From Octopus vulgaris (taxonomy: Eukaryota), in assembly GCA_951406725.2 (NCBI GenBank), contig OX597822.1, positions 59,086,001-59,150,000 of the forward strand: 64,000 bases of DNA, read 5' to 3'. Position numbers and translations under genes: made by a program. The notes under the pieces are model-generated. The model was not told the DNA's origin. It saw nothing but the letters and a program-made list of their open reading frames with translations, and did not search any database. Shown here piece after piece: positions 42,831-55,929 of the stretch. Numbering within the stretch: the first letter of the stretch is position 1; every line of letters begins with the position of its first letter.

Positions 42831-43391
42831 CACGTCCTATAACTGTCTGTCTCTCTACTTCTGTAGGGCCTTCCCTGTTGCTGTTACGTCAAAATTTATA
42901 AATCTGGTACATTGAAATAATTTTCCGCATTAAATCCGATTTTGTTATATATTTGTTTCAGAAAAATTGCAGAAAAATGTTACCCAGGTTTAAAACTTAA
43001 TCGGTTTTACCTAATCAGAAAACAGGATTTTGAAACTGGCATTTTTTTACATGATAGCTGTCTATCACAAAATAAAAACAAAATCAATACGAGCAGGAAT
43101 TTTTAATTAAACAAACGAAAGTAAAGCATTACGACGACTAAAGTTGTAAGAACTGAAGTTTTAATGAGTTTTAATGAATAAAGTCATGTGAAACGGCCGA
43201 ACAGACATATGAATAATTTAAAACGGAAAAAAATCCCCAACTAAGTTTTTTTTGCAAAAAAACTACACAAATATGTCCTGATCAAGAGGCCTATCTGTCG
43301 GGGAAGGCATGGTTTGACATGGAATAAGCAAAAATTTATATAAGACAGTCTATTGTAAAAGTTTCCCGGCAACGACGGGCTATGCAGCTAG
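42184..43391 (+). mobile_element. Second Helitron immediately in tandem
   Basis: TC start with a 5' region similar to the 28333 copy; 3' CCCGGCAACGACGGG...CTAG|T. Confidence 0.7.
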
Positions 43392-43417
43392 TATATACAT
43401 ATATACCTATATATATA

Positions 43418-43462
<45 letters not shown>

Positions 43463-43772
43463 ATAATAGTTATCGCCATACTACCCTTGTTCGAAGGTTA
43501 TATGGATACAGTTTGTGTATCAAATAGCTAACTTAAGGCGATGGCCTCATGGAGCTAATAAGCGGACAGCTTTTTTCTTATTTTTATAAGAATGCCATAT
43601 TAGTATGGCGATAACTATTATTTTCCGGGAACGCTGCCGCTGTTCTCTTTTAGAGAGACTTAGTTATTTTAATATTTCTATTATTGAAAACAAGTGGATG
43701 TATTCCACCGAAACTAGGTAAATAAAACCATCGAACAGAGATTGTCGGAAGCGACACCTACTGGCTGGCTAC

Positions 43773-43814
43773 GCTGCATTGAAAAGGGGCAATACCCCGA
43801 AACGCGTCTGTAGC
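43773..43814 (+). ncRNA. Type I hammerhead ribozyme, array copy 1 (U3-A8 core variant)
   Basis: GCTGCA-TTGAAAA-GGGG-CAATA-CCCC-GAAA-CGCG-TC-TGTAGC: 6-bp stem I, 4-bp stem II, palindromic minimal stem III (ACGCGT), GUC cleavage triplet ending at 43808. Confidence 0.85.
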
Positions 43815-44134
43815 TGCCGGTCAAGTAGTGTGGAGCGACTGACTTCCCTTGTTCGAAGGTTATATGGATACAGTTTGTGTATCAAATAGCTAACTTAAGG
43901 CGATGGCCTCATGGAGCTAATAAGCGGACAGCTTTTTTCTTATTTTTATAAGAATGCCATATTAGTATGGCGATAACTATTATTTTCCGGGAACGCTGCC
44001 GCTGTTCTCTTTTAGAGAGACTTAGTTATTTTAATATTTCTATTATTGAAAACAAGTGGATGTATTCCACCGAAACTAGGTAAATAAAACCATCGAACAG
44101 AGATTGTCGGAAGCGACACCTACTGGCTGGCTAC

Positions 44135-44176
44135 GCTGCATTGAAAAGGGGCAATACCCCGAAACGCGTCTGTAGC
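44135..44176 (+). ncRNA. Type I hammerhead ribozyme, array copy 2
   Basis: Identical motif 362 bp downstream of copy 1. Confidence 0.85.
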
Positions 44177-44496
44177 TGCCGGTCAAGTAGTGTGGAGCGA
44201 CTGACCTCCCTTGTTCGAAGGTTATATGGATACAGTTTGTGTATCAAATAGCTAACTTAAGGCGATGGCCTCATGGAGCTAATAAGCGGACAGCTTTTTT
44301 CTTATTTTTATAAGAATGCCATATTAGTATGGCGATAACTATTATTTTCCGGGAACGCTGCCGCTGTTCTCTTTTAGAGAGACTTAGTTATTTTAATATT
44401 TCTATTATTGAAAACAAGTGGATGTATTCCACCGAAACTAGGTAAATAAAACCATCGAACAGAGATTGTCGGAAGCGACACCTACTGGCTGGCTAC

Positions 44497-44538
44497 GCTG
44501 CATTGAAAAGGGGCAATACCCCGAAACGCGTCTGTAGC
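44497..44538 (+). ncRNA. Type I hammerhead ribozyme, array copy 3
   Basis: Identical motif 724 bp downstream of copy 1. Confidence 0.85.
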
Positions 44539-44891
44539 TGCCGGTCAAGTAGTGTGGAGCGACTGACCTCCCTTGTTCGAAGGTTATATGGATACAGTTT
44601 GTGTATCAAATAGCTAACTTAAGGCGATGGCCTCATGGAGCTAATAAGCGGACAGCTTTTTTCTTATTTTTATAAGAATGCCATATTAGTATGGCGATAA
44701 CTATTATTTTCCGGGAACGCTGCCGCTGTTCTCTTTTAGAGAGACTTAGTTATTTTAATATTTCTATATATATATGTATGTATATATATGTATAATATAT
44801 ATATGTATGTATATATGTCTGTATACATATATATATGTGTATATATATGTATATATATATGTATATATATATTATATATATGTATATATAC

Positions 44892-44964
<73 letters not shown>

Positions 44965-45010
44965 TAAACGCACATGAGCGAGATTTAAACAGTTGGAGTA
45001 TGGAATCGTA

Positions 45011-45265
45011 ATATATAATTGACAACCAAGTGTGGTGTCCTATTGACAGTGCTGTTGACGTTTATTGCCCCAGGAAGCCATCTCCTTCAGCTGGCTAACG
45101 ACACACATTTTGTGTCCGATTAGTATTTGCGAGGGGTGGTCATCGCTCCCATCTCTAGCCTTAATCGGACACAGAATGTGTGTCGTTAGCCAGCTGGAGG
45201 GAGTGTGTTCCTGGGGTTATAAACGTCAGTAGCACTGTCCTGTATAGGACGCCACACTTGATTGG

Positions 45266-45276
<11 letters not shown>
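45011..45276. repeat. Imperfect inverted repeat (arms about 112 bp, 39-bp spacer) in (TA)n
   Basis: 45011-45122 matches the reverse complement of 45162-45276. Part of the arm also matches about 6283-6335. Confidence 0.8.
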
Positions 45277-45319
<43 letters not shown>

Positions 45320-45437
45320 AGGGTAGTTTTTTCGTGGGCGAAGATCATGAGGAAGACCTGCACACTCTCAAGTGGAAATGTAAACCAATCCATGACGCTG
45401 CATAGCCTCACTTCTTGCCTTTGCTTAGAAGTTTTAA

Positions 45438-45600
45438 ACGACGGGCTTCTTTCAGTTTCCGTCTACCAAATCCACTCACAAGGCTTTGATCGGCCCGAGG
45501 CTATAGTAGAAGACACTTGCCCAAGGTACTACGCAGTGGGACTGAACCCAGGACCATGTGGTTGGTAAGCAAGCTACTTACCACACAGTCGCTTCTACGC
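45438..45600 (-). mobile_element. Family-K SINE 5' arm
   Basis: ACGACGGGCTTCTTTCAGTTTCCGTCTACC...CTTACCACACAG. Confidence 0.8.
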
Positions 45601-46952
45601 CTTTTTGCATACGCATAAATCTTATTCTATACTCTACCCATTCCGAGTTACTAATTTATTCGAATGAGATGGAACGATAGACGTTTGAATTATTCTTTAT
45701 GAGGTTCCATGAGTTTGCTATAATTGATGTTGCTATGTTTTATTGTGGAACCGATGCGTGATGCCGTCTGCTTGTCGACTCTCCTATTCAGCAAAATAAT
45801 AAAGGTAAAAAAAGCATGCTATTTTACCCAATTCACTCGAATAATCCATAGCAGTAGTGGCGGTGTTACGATCGCCAACAGTGACAACTTTGCCAGTCAT
45901 TAGTGACAGTGATGTTGAAGTAGATGGCGGCGACGATGGCATGAGTAAAAGCTTGGCAGTTTTGTACAGTTTTCGGTACTATATTCGTTTACGGAATTCT
46001 ACGTACAGTGGTTTGGTCTCAGTAAAGACTATAATAGAAGACAAGTGCTCAAGATGCTGCGCATTGGGAAAGAACCCAACTAGAAGCCATAAGGTTGCAA
46101 AATAAACTCCTTCACCACGTAGTCATATCCGCAGCCAGTATTTAAACAACACCGAACAACTCCGAACAACTCCGAACAGCTCGAAACATTCTATATGAAT
46201 GGATGTTCCTCTCGTAAGTTAAGCAAATTTTGTTGCTTTCTCACTCATAGAACCTCTTCCTCTTCCCCTCCAAAACAGCCGCTCAAATGAGAAAAACCAA
46301 TATATCGACTTTATATTTGTTTCTATAGCAATTGGTTTTACGTTGCTAGATTTCCATAGAAACGTCTGTTCAGACAGGGCAATCGCGTAATTTTTTTTTT
46401 TTAAAGTTAGGCAGAATTGGGACAGTACTCATGACCTTTGCAGATTAGTGAGGCTGATGCTACTGATGCCGAGTGTGAACAGCTGCAGTTTAATGCTTGC
46501 AGGAAAAAACGTGACTTAGTGGGGCTCTGGTAGGAATTACTGAAATAAAGGGAGGTTTACTAAAGCATACAAAATTGTGAGTTCGAATCGACTGAAACGA
46601 AATAGGGAAAATAAGGTAAACTTGTTTACAATATTTTCTAACTGTGGGAATTTACGAGATCACTTAGCCTGCTAGAAATAGTTGTCGATAATCCCTCAAA
46701 TTACATCCTGCCCTCTTAATTAGGAGGTACATTAGACAATATGGTCCTAGATCTGATAGTTTCAGTTGCCATACCCTTCAAGCAGATCTCGGATTAAACA
46801 ACAATAACAACATACAAACAAACATGCAAACAACAGTCTTATCTTTGTCTTCTACAATAATACTAACAAAGGAACCTAAGTCTTGTGTGTGAAACTGTCG
46901 GCGGAATCTATGTTGAAGCCCATTTGGGTGGGTTGTAACAACTGCTATTGTG

Positions 46953-47230
46953 GAGGTGCGTGACCTTGTGTTTAGGGTTTTGGTCTAACAATTGTAAGGT
47001 CGTTGTTTCGATTTCAGGACCGGGTAGCACATTGTGTTTTTGCGTAAAATACTTGATTTCATGTTATTCCAGTTCACTCAGCCGAAAATGATTAGCGGAA
47101 ACGGCTGGAGGTGGGGGCGTCCCATTCAAGGGTAGTCTGTAGTGTTCTCGATCGCTTATACGCCATGGAAACTAGGATAAACTCTGGCTTAATTAGCCCG
47201 TAAGCCTCGTGACATACCTAAGACCTAGAA
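46953..47230 (+). mobile_element. Diverged R1-related SINE
   Basis: tRNA-like head and CCAGTTCACTCAGC core. Confidence 0.55.
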
Positions 47231-47806
47231 TCAACTGATCAGCTGCGGTTTTTCCTCCCTAACCTTCGACAGTCTAAGAGCCCCTACAAAGATCACGGAC
47301 ACCCTATTCCACCATAAACCAAACAATGCACACATACACATGAACCACCTCATCACACAATCCAGCTTACCTTAGAAAATATCTAAATCTCTAGGATTAT
47401 AAATCACAAAGCTATTAAATTCATCTCCTATGCACAACTACACTGATCTTAGATTCGCTCAATATCTGGTTGTCTTTCCAATATCCTTATTTTCAAAAAA
47501 GTATTTTCTTTTTATTGATTCATGTCATGTACTTGTGAACAACAGAATCTTTGCCCATAGGATTAAATTCAGCCAGTAACTGGTTCACTGCAAGGATCAT
47601 TTATATTTCTCATTATTTTTCACAATTGGATTTCCAGAAATGCAGAGCTATCAACTTCTCCTCGACTTCCGACTGTCTGAAACAAATTCATTCATTATTT
47701 CTGTTGACATAACCTTAGTTATCTTTTTTTTTTCTCTCATCGTTTAGTGACAGGTCGGCTTTTCACTCATCTCTGCTTTACTCATCAAGAACAACGCAAT
47801 GTATAC

Positions 47807-47870
<64 letters not shown>

Positions 47871-48259
47871 GTTGTTGTTGTTGTTGTTGTTGTTGCTGTT
47901 GTTCTTTTTCTTCTTGCTGTATACAATCATTGTAGTATTACCGACATACCCCAGGTTATTAATTGTCAAGTCGCCAATCATAAAAACAGCTTTTGCTCCC
48001 CCGCACCTAAGAGCAGAGCTTGACACCGTATAGCTTTCTTATTTAAGCAGAAACGGATGTAACATACAACCGGCTATATACGTGCGCACACACACACTAT
48101 ATATCTGTCTGTCTGTCTATCTGTATGTATGTATGTATGTATGCACCCAACATTAACTGGATGTAATTTATGGCTTTATGTGCTTCGAGATTCGCCGTTC
48201 TCCAAAAGAATTATTTCACGATTTCGAAGATTTTGAATTCTTATAACGTCATTAGTATA

Positions 48260-48615
48260 GGCGCAGACGTGTCTGTGTGGTAAGAAGCCTTGTGAATGGA
48301 TTTGGTAGACGGAAACTGAAAGAAGCCTGTCGTATATATGTGTGTGTATGTGTGCGTGCGTGTGTGTATGTATGTGTGTGCGCGCGCGCGTGTGTATTTA
48401 TGTGTGTGTGTCATTGTGTTTGTCCCCCACCGTTATTTGACAAGCGATGTTGATCCACTTACGCAACTTAGCGGTTCAGCAAAAGATACCGATAGAATAA
48501 GTACTAGGTTTGCTAAGAATAAATCCTAGCGTCGATTTCTTCGACTAAAAAATCCTCATAGGTAGTGGTCTAGCATGGCCGCAGTCAAATGACTGAGACA
48601 AGTAAAAGAATAAAA
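48260..48615 (+). mobile_element. Family-K SINE with internal deletion
   Basis: Head fused to GCCTTGTGAATGGATTTGGTAGACGG; 3' arm intact. Confidence 0.75.
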
Positions 48616-48676
48616 GAATATATATATTCTTTAATTCTTTATTCTTTTACTCTTTATATATATATATATATGTATG

Positions 48677-48740
<64 letters not shown>

Positions 48741-48749
48741 TGCGTGCGT

Positions 48750-48787
<38 letters not shown>

Positions 48788-49070
48788 TCTACTGACGAGG
48801 CAAAGCATTACTAAATGCAAAGTCAGAAATCCGGGATCTAGAATTATCCAGTAATTTTTTACTAGTTTCATCTTGTCTCTTTGTTTTCTCTCCGTGTTGA
48901 TATATGGACAATTAAGGTGGTTTTAGAGTCAGATCATGGCTTCTATTTTCAGCATGGTGGTATCTCGTAGATACCCTAATTTATAATTTTATATATATAC
49001 ATATATATATATATAAATTAAATTAGAGATAAAACCACTATTAGGCAACTCCCTAATATTATTATATATA

Positions 49071-49113
<43 letters not shown>

Positions 49114-49248
49114 AATACTTATATCTCTTTATCTTTTTATATTACTGTATATATAAATATCATATATGCCTTTACTCATATGTAATATATACTTTATGAG
49201 TATATCGGATGTGATGTTTTACTGATGTAAGTATGTTTCTCCATTCTC

Positions 49249-49305
<57 letters not shown>

Positions 49306-49307
<2 letters not shown>

Positions 49308-50161
49308 GGTCTTCCCATAAATAATGTGGTTTTTTCCAATTGTATGAGCTAAAATTCGGAGGAGGACGGGATAAACGATCTCCATCAACTTGTTATAAAA
49401 GCAGGTAATAATTTTACCTTGTACTTATTCTTAGTGCAAGTTTTGAAGAGTGCAGTTTGATTTTAACAGTTATTTTTTCCAAAGCTATAATGGAAGTGAC
49501 AACAGGAACATATTCGGCATGTTTTCCTTTATGAGTTCAATAAAGGCAAATACGCAACGGAATGTGCGAGGAATATTAATGCAATATATGGAGATCGGAA
49601 AATAATCGTAAGCCAGTGTCAACGGTGGTTCCAGAAATTCAGAGCCGGAACTACAGCCTAGAAGACGAGCCTTGTCCTGGAAGAGCTGTAGAACTCAATG
49701 AGGACGTTCTGCAAACCCTGGTAGGACAAAATCCCATCGTAACTGTTGAGGAACTGACAGAGAAGCTTGGATTTGGTCATTCAACCAGTCATTCAAGTCA
49801 GCAATATTTGTTTTCAAGATGAAAGGTGTTCTCCCATCAGGATAATGCTCGGCTACACACAGCAAGAATGACATTCCAAAGGCTGGAGCAGTTTGAATAT
49901 TCGCCGAACATTGTCCCATCTGATTATCATTTATTCCGGAGTCTTCAAAATCATTTGGGCGGAAAAAATATGAATTCTGTAGACGAGGTCAGAACAGTAC
50001 TGGAGGAGTATTTTTCGTCACGGACAAATGAATTTTGGAAGAGAGACGGAGGGGCATTATGAAAAATGAAGGAGAGTATATTTTACATTAAAAAAAAAGT
50101 GTTTCTTTTAATTTTGAAAAATAAAATATTAAAAAACCGCATTATTTATGGGATGACCGAA
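49306..50161 (+). mobile_element. Internally deleted mariner element with TIRs
   Basis: TIRs TCGGGTCTTCCCATAAATAATGTGGTTTTTT / AAAAAACCGCATTATTTATGGGATGACCGA in TA context. Transposase remnants HIRHVFLYEFNKG, QRWFQKFRAGNYSLEDEP..GR, HQDNARLH, YSPNIVPSDYHLFRSLQN. Confidence 0.93.
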
Positions 50162-50217
50162 TATATACACACACTTAAATATACGCACACACAAAGAAAA
50201 TTATGAGTGTGGGTATA

Positions 50218-50258
<41 letters not shown>

Positions 50259-50259
<1 letters not shown>

Positions 50260-50531
50260 CAATAATAATTCTCTAAAAGGGATATAGACAGTAACTGCTC
50301 GATAACATAAGGGACTAAAGCCATCTGAATATGGCTAGGGACAGGGCAGGGTGGGGGGTGTTACTGTTGCATTTAGCCCCGGCGACATCGACGTCACCAG
50401 AAAGGCTCGACACCGTCACGGTGCCTGGCACCGTGACGGTGTCGAGCCTTTCTGGTGACGTCGATGTTCGCCTGGGGCTAAATGCAACAGTAACACCCCC
50501 ACCACCCTGCCCTGTCCCTAGCCATATAGTC

Positions 50532-50537
<6 letters not shown>
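50259..50537 (-). mobile_element. 5'-truncated PLE/retrozyme-family end with an inverted duplication forming a palindrome of about 230 bp
   Basis: Arms 50307-50425 / 50427-50537 are nearly perfect. The minus strand ends CTTTTAGAGAATTATTATTGC(TA)n. The same end occurs at 27970-28064. Confidence 0.7.
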
Positions 50538-50581
<44 letters not shown>

Positions 50582-51240
50582 GTATATTCCCACATCTATT
50601 TATAAACATACAGACAATTGAGTGGGGCGTATGAGAGCTAGAGTTTCGTCACGCCTCTTTCTACATTTTCAACTAGACGATGTACCTTAAGCTGTTTACC
50701 AAACTGTCTACTGTCTACAGTTCTCTACAGTTGTCTGCAGACAGACAGACCTGTTGAAGAAATAAGGACCCAAGAAACTGTTGTTAGCTACTACGTTCCC
50801 AGGTTCGTGAAAGAATTTCTAGAAAATGAAAGAAAATAATAATAATAATAATAATAATAATATTAAAGGCAAAATATATTTTAAAAAAAAACACATGAAA
50901 GGAATTAGAAAAAAAAGAGAATGCAACAAACAGAAAAGATAAAGCAGGCAGTCATTTTGGTGGTGATGGGGCTGTTGTTGCTACCAATTCTCTAGAACTT
51001 TCTGCCACTTTCGGAGGTGATGCATTAGTTTTCTATTTTTACGCAGCATCATTGCTTCAACAAGTGTGTGTGTGAGTGCGGGTGTGTATTTTTGCGTGTA
51101 ATTTAGGAAGAGCTATATTTCAGTTACATATGCATACAATGTTGTGCATTGTATGCATACGTGCATGTACGCGTACACACATACATGCATATATAAGTGT
51201 AGTGTAGTGTGTATGTGTGCGCACTAGTTGAGTATGCAAT

Positions 51241-51299
<59 letters not shown>

Positions 51300-51345
51300 A
51301 GAACAATCTTACTTAGAAATGGATGCGTGCGTTCCGTCATATAAT

Positions 51346-51980
<635 letters not shown>

Positions 51981-51989
51981 TCTTTTTAC

Positions 51990-52200
51990 TCTCTTTACTC
52001 TTTTACTTGTTTCAGACATTTGACTTTAGCCATGCTGGAGCACCGCCTTTAGTTGAGCAAATCTACCCCAGGACTTATTCTTTGTAAACCTACTGCTTAT
52101 TCTATCGGTGTCTTTTGCCGAACCGCTAATTTACGGGGACGTAGACACGCCAGCGTTGGTTGTCAAGCGATGTTGGGGGGACAAACACAGACACACAAAC
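51990..52200 (-). mobile_element. Family-K SINE 3' arm
   Basis: CCATGCTGGAGCACCGCCTTTAG...GGGGACAAACACAGAC. Confidence 0.8.
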
Positions 52201-52725
52201 ACATCCCTACTCCACCTTCCCTATCCTTCCCATCCCCCATCCCATCCCCCATCCTATCTCACACACCCTCCCTCACATACCCACCTCTACCCCACCCTAT
52301 GCCTACCCACAAACCCCCAACTCTGCCCCAACTCTCAGCCGAAACCACACCCCACCCGTGCTTACTCCCCTCTCGCCTCCTCCACCTTCCAACAACATCA
52401 CACCACACCACACTACACCATACAACATTACGCATCACCTCACAACACACCACCCACACAACCACCCACACACCCATCCCCTCATTCTCACGCCTACACA
52501 TACATACACGCACACGTCCAGACCACCAGCCCTCTTTCACACGCACATACATACTCTCTTATACACACACGCACCTTCGTGTTGGGGGTCATCTTTACTT
52601 TGTTATCTCCCCTACTTTCCTTCTCGTGTGTGACCCTTCTGTCCGAGTCAGACGCCATGATAGATCATTAGCCACTACACACACTTTTTTTTCTCTCCTT
52701 GTTTCTCTCCTTGTTTTCTGTGTCC

Positions 52726-52761
52726 CTTTCTGTAGAAGAGTGTAGGCTCGAAACGTAAAAG
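52726..52761 (+). ncRNA. Degenerate minimal hammerhead-like motif at a PLE-type 3' end
   Basis: CTTT-CTGTAGA-A-GAG-TGTAGG-CTC-GAAA-CG-TA-AAAG. Core position A6 is altered. Confidence 0.4.
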
Positions 52762-52851
52762 ACTTTTTCTATTCCTGAGCGTTATACTAATATATCTGTT
52801 TGTTTTGTACACCACCTGTCTTCGTCTTTTGTTTTTTTCGTAAACTCTCCC

Positions 52852-52893
<42 letters not shown>

Positions 52894-53032
52894 AGAATAC
52901 AAAAATGGGACAAGAACGTATGAATGTATTGTGTTTGTGTACGCATACGCAAACATAATTACATATATTATCCATAAACACATTCATATATACATACACA
53001 TACATATGATTACGTATGTATATGTAAATATC

Positions 53033-53101
<69 letters not shown>

Positions 53102-53528
53102 GTGTATGTACATAACGCATACACACACACATATATATATAGAGAGAGAGAGAGAAAGAAAAAAGAGGGAGAAAGAGGAGGTGCACATGATTCTCGTTAT
53201 TATAATTTTTATTAGTATGACATATGTATTTTCTAAAATTGCTTGCTCACCGACTCAACAGGTAGTCAGTCAGTACAATGACTATGTATATATATATGAA
53301 TTAAATAAACTCAAAGTATTAACTTCATATATGACTTAGAAAGAAAATATATCACAATTTGCATCACGGAGCATATACATGTTTCAGTGACAATTCACTT
53401 CGTCAGCCGGTGTAGAACAAAGATGATTAACTACATTTTTAACTACACAATAAATCGCAGTTGTTGACATTACGAGTGGTTATTATATAAAATTGCAAGG
53501 TATGAACGAAGTCACTTCACAGACACAA

Positions 53529-53610
<82 letters not shown>

Positions 53611-53617
53611 TATATAT

Positions 53618-53869
53618 ATTGGGCTGGTGCATAATTATTGCAGCTTTTTTTCAAAAAATTTTATTCAACAAAGAACAATAACAATATTTAACAAAATCAT
53701 CTTTAAATGACGGTCCGACCGTCTGCCAAGCAAATAGGAAGCAGTAATTGAAGTAGATGGTCAATATGCTCCGGAATAATCATTTAAAGATGTTTTTGTT
53801 TCATATTGTTATTGTTTTTGTTGAATAAAATTTGTTATAAAAAAACCACAATAATTATGCACCAACCCA

Positions 53870-53870
<1 letters not shown>
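53618..53870 (+). mobile_element. Mariner-derived MITE
   Basis: TIRs TTGGGCTGGTGCATAATTATTGCAGCTTTTTT / AAAAAAACCACAATAATTATGCACCAACCCAA with TA flanks. Retains the transposase tail RLPSK*EAVIEVDGQY. Confidence 0.88.
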
Positions 53871-53921
<51 letters not shown>

Positions 53922-53974
53922 ACACACACACACACACACCCTCACACAGACACACACACACACACACAGATATA

Positions 53975-54007
<33 letters not shown>

Positions 54008-55003
54008 CTATGAATTAGCAACTATCCTAGAAATACCAGAAATACCTTCTTATTACTCTATGTGTGGCGTGGAAAGGAGAGTTGCTGGTCATTCGTAGAA
54101 ATATGAATATCATGGCGTGAGCAGCGGAGAGGAATCCAAATACATACATATACATGTATACACACACACGCACACACACATATATATTTATATATAAATA
54201 CATACATATACATATATACACACGCGCACACACACATACATATATATATTTATATATAAATACATACATATATACATACATACACATACACTCTCACTCA
54301 CACATACATACATATGTACGTACTTACGTACATACGTACATACGTACATACGTACATGTGTTATACGTCTGTACGACTGTGCAGCTAGACGGCGTGCGCG
54401 TGCATCTGTGTGCTCGTGTGTGTATATTTAGCTTTTCTCTCATTGCCTCAGATGCTAGTCTTGGCTCTGACTGTTCCTTATGACCGAATTAGAGATAAGT
54501 TTCTCCATTCTATGATACAGCAAATAGTACAGAGATCTTTATGACGTAATGACTTGTGTGACCTTGTGTGGTTTCTAACACATTGTTTAGTTGAACTGGA
54601 TGCTGTTGTTGTTGTTGTTTCTCATGATGTTGCTGTTGTTTTTGATGTTGTTGTGGTTATTATTATTGCTGATGTTGCTGTTGCTTGTCGTTGGTGATGT
54701 AAGCATATTGGTATTAGCGAACAATCTCGACTACTTTCTTTTCCTTGTTGCTTCTTTATATGATCCTATAACCACAGAAACACCATCTCGCTTGCGATAG
54801 ATACCATTAAATACATTTTGGTAAAAAAGCATAACCATCGTCGTTTTCGTCGACACTACTACCAACATAACTACCGTTATCATTGCCCCGTCCCTTCATC
54901 ATCATCATCATCATCATCACCACCACCACCAACACCACCAGCACCATCATCATCATCATCATCACCAGCACCAGCACCGCCGCCGTCATCATCATCATCA
55001 CCG

Positions 55004-55063
<60 letters not shown>

Positions 55064-55173
55064 CCGTCGTCGTCATCATCATCATTATCCCGCTGCAGAA
55101 ACCTCCGTAAATTCCATCATTTTCAACACTAACATCGAACTATCACCCAGTGATTAATATTTCTTCCTCGGGC

Positions 55174-55605
55174 AAGGCAGCGAGCTGGCAGAAACGTTAG
55201 CACGCGGGACGAGATGCTTGGCGGTATTTCGTCTGCCGTTACGTTCTGAATTCAAATTCCGCCGAGGTCGACTTTGCCTTTCATCCTTTCGGGGTCGATA
55301 AATTAAGTACCAGTTACGTACTGGGGTCGATGTAATCGACTTAATCCCTTTGTCTGTCCTTGTTTGTCCCCTCTATGTTTAGCTCATTGTGGGCAATAAA
55401 GAAATAAGACTCGTTAGCGCACCGGACAAAATGCTTAGCGATGTTTTATCAGTCATTATATTCTGAGTTCAAATTTCACCGAGGTCGACTTAGCCTTTCA
55501 TTATTTCGGAATCAATAAAATAAGTACCAGTTGAGCACTAGGGTCGATGTAGTAGTCTTACCCGCTACCTCAAAATTGCTGGCTTTGTCCCAGATATGAA
55601 ACCAA
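55174..55605 (+). mobile_element. Two tandem family-M SINEs
   Basis: Same head and core as 3768; second copy starts near 55410. Confidence 0.8.
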
Positions 55606-55929
55606 CATTTCTTCCTCAAATCCAGAAAATATTTTAGCCTCGATGTTTCAGTAACAGATCTGCTTTACAAACCAAAAATACGACTCACTACGGAGTCATT
55701 GTTCACATCTTTTGGATGTTGCGATTGTTACTACATACAAAGGTAACCAAAATCCAGTTTAATCCATTCTGCTGACTACTTTTTGATCTACTCACTTGTT
55801 TACTCCACCAGAAGTGCAAGCCTCTGGTTTACCTTTTCTGTATAAGATGCTGTTATTTAACTCCACGTTAGCTCTGATCGAGCAGACCTATGATCAAAAT
55901 TATTTCGGATGAGACAATCTCATTGTTTA

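Larger units (their letters stand above)
43484..44767 (+). mobile_element. Retrozyme-like tandem array: about 3.5 near-identical 362-bp units, each full unit with a type I hammerhead ribozyme
   Basis: CCCTTGTTCGAAGG recurs at 43484, 43846, 44208 and 44570 (period 362). Preceded by a 25-bp inverted copy of an internal segment (43459-43483) and flanked by (TA)n on both sides. Confidence 0.9.

Noticed and set aside
43484-44767. CRISPR-like or simple satellite interpretation of the tandem array
   Set aside because: There are no variable spacers and the context is eukaryotic. The units carry a hammerhead fold and PLE-type junctions.
49826-50062. SETMAR-like host gene
   Set aside because: Lies between mariner TIRs, is internally deleted and frameshifted, and has no SET domain.
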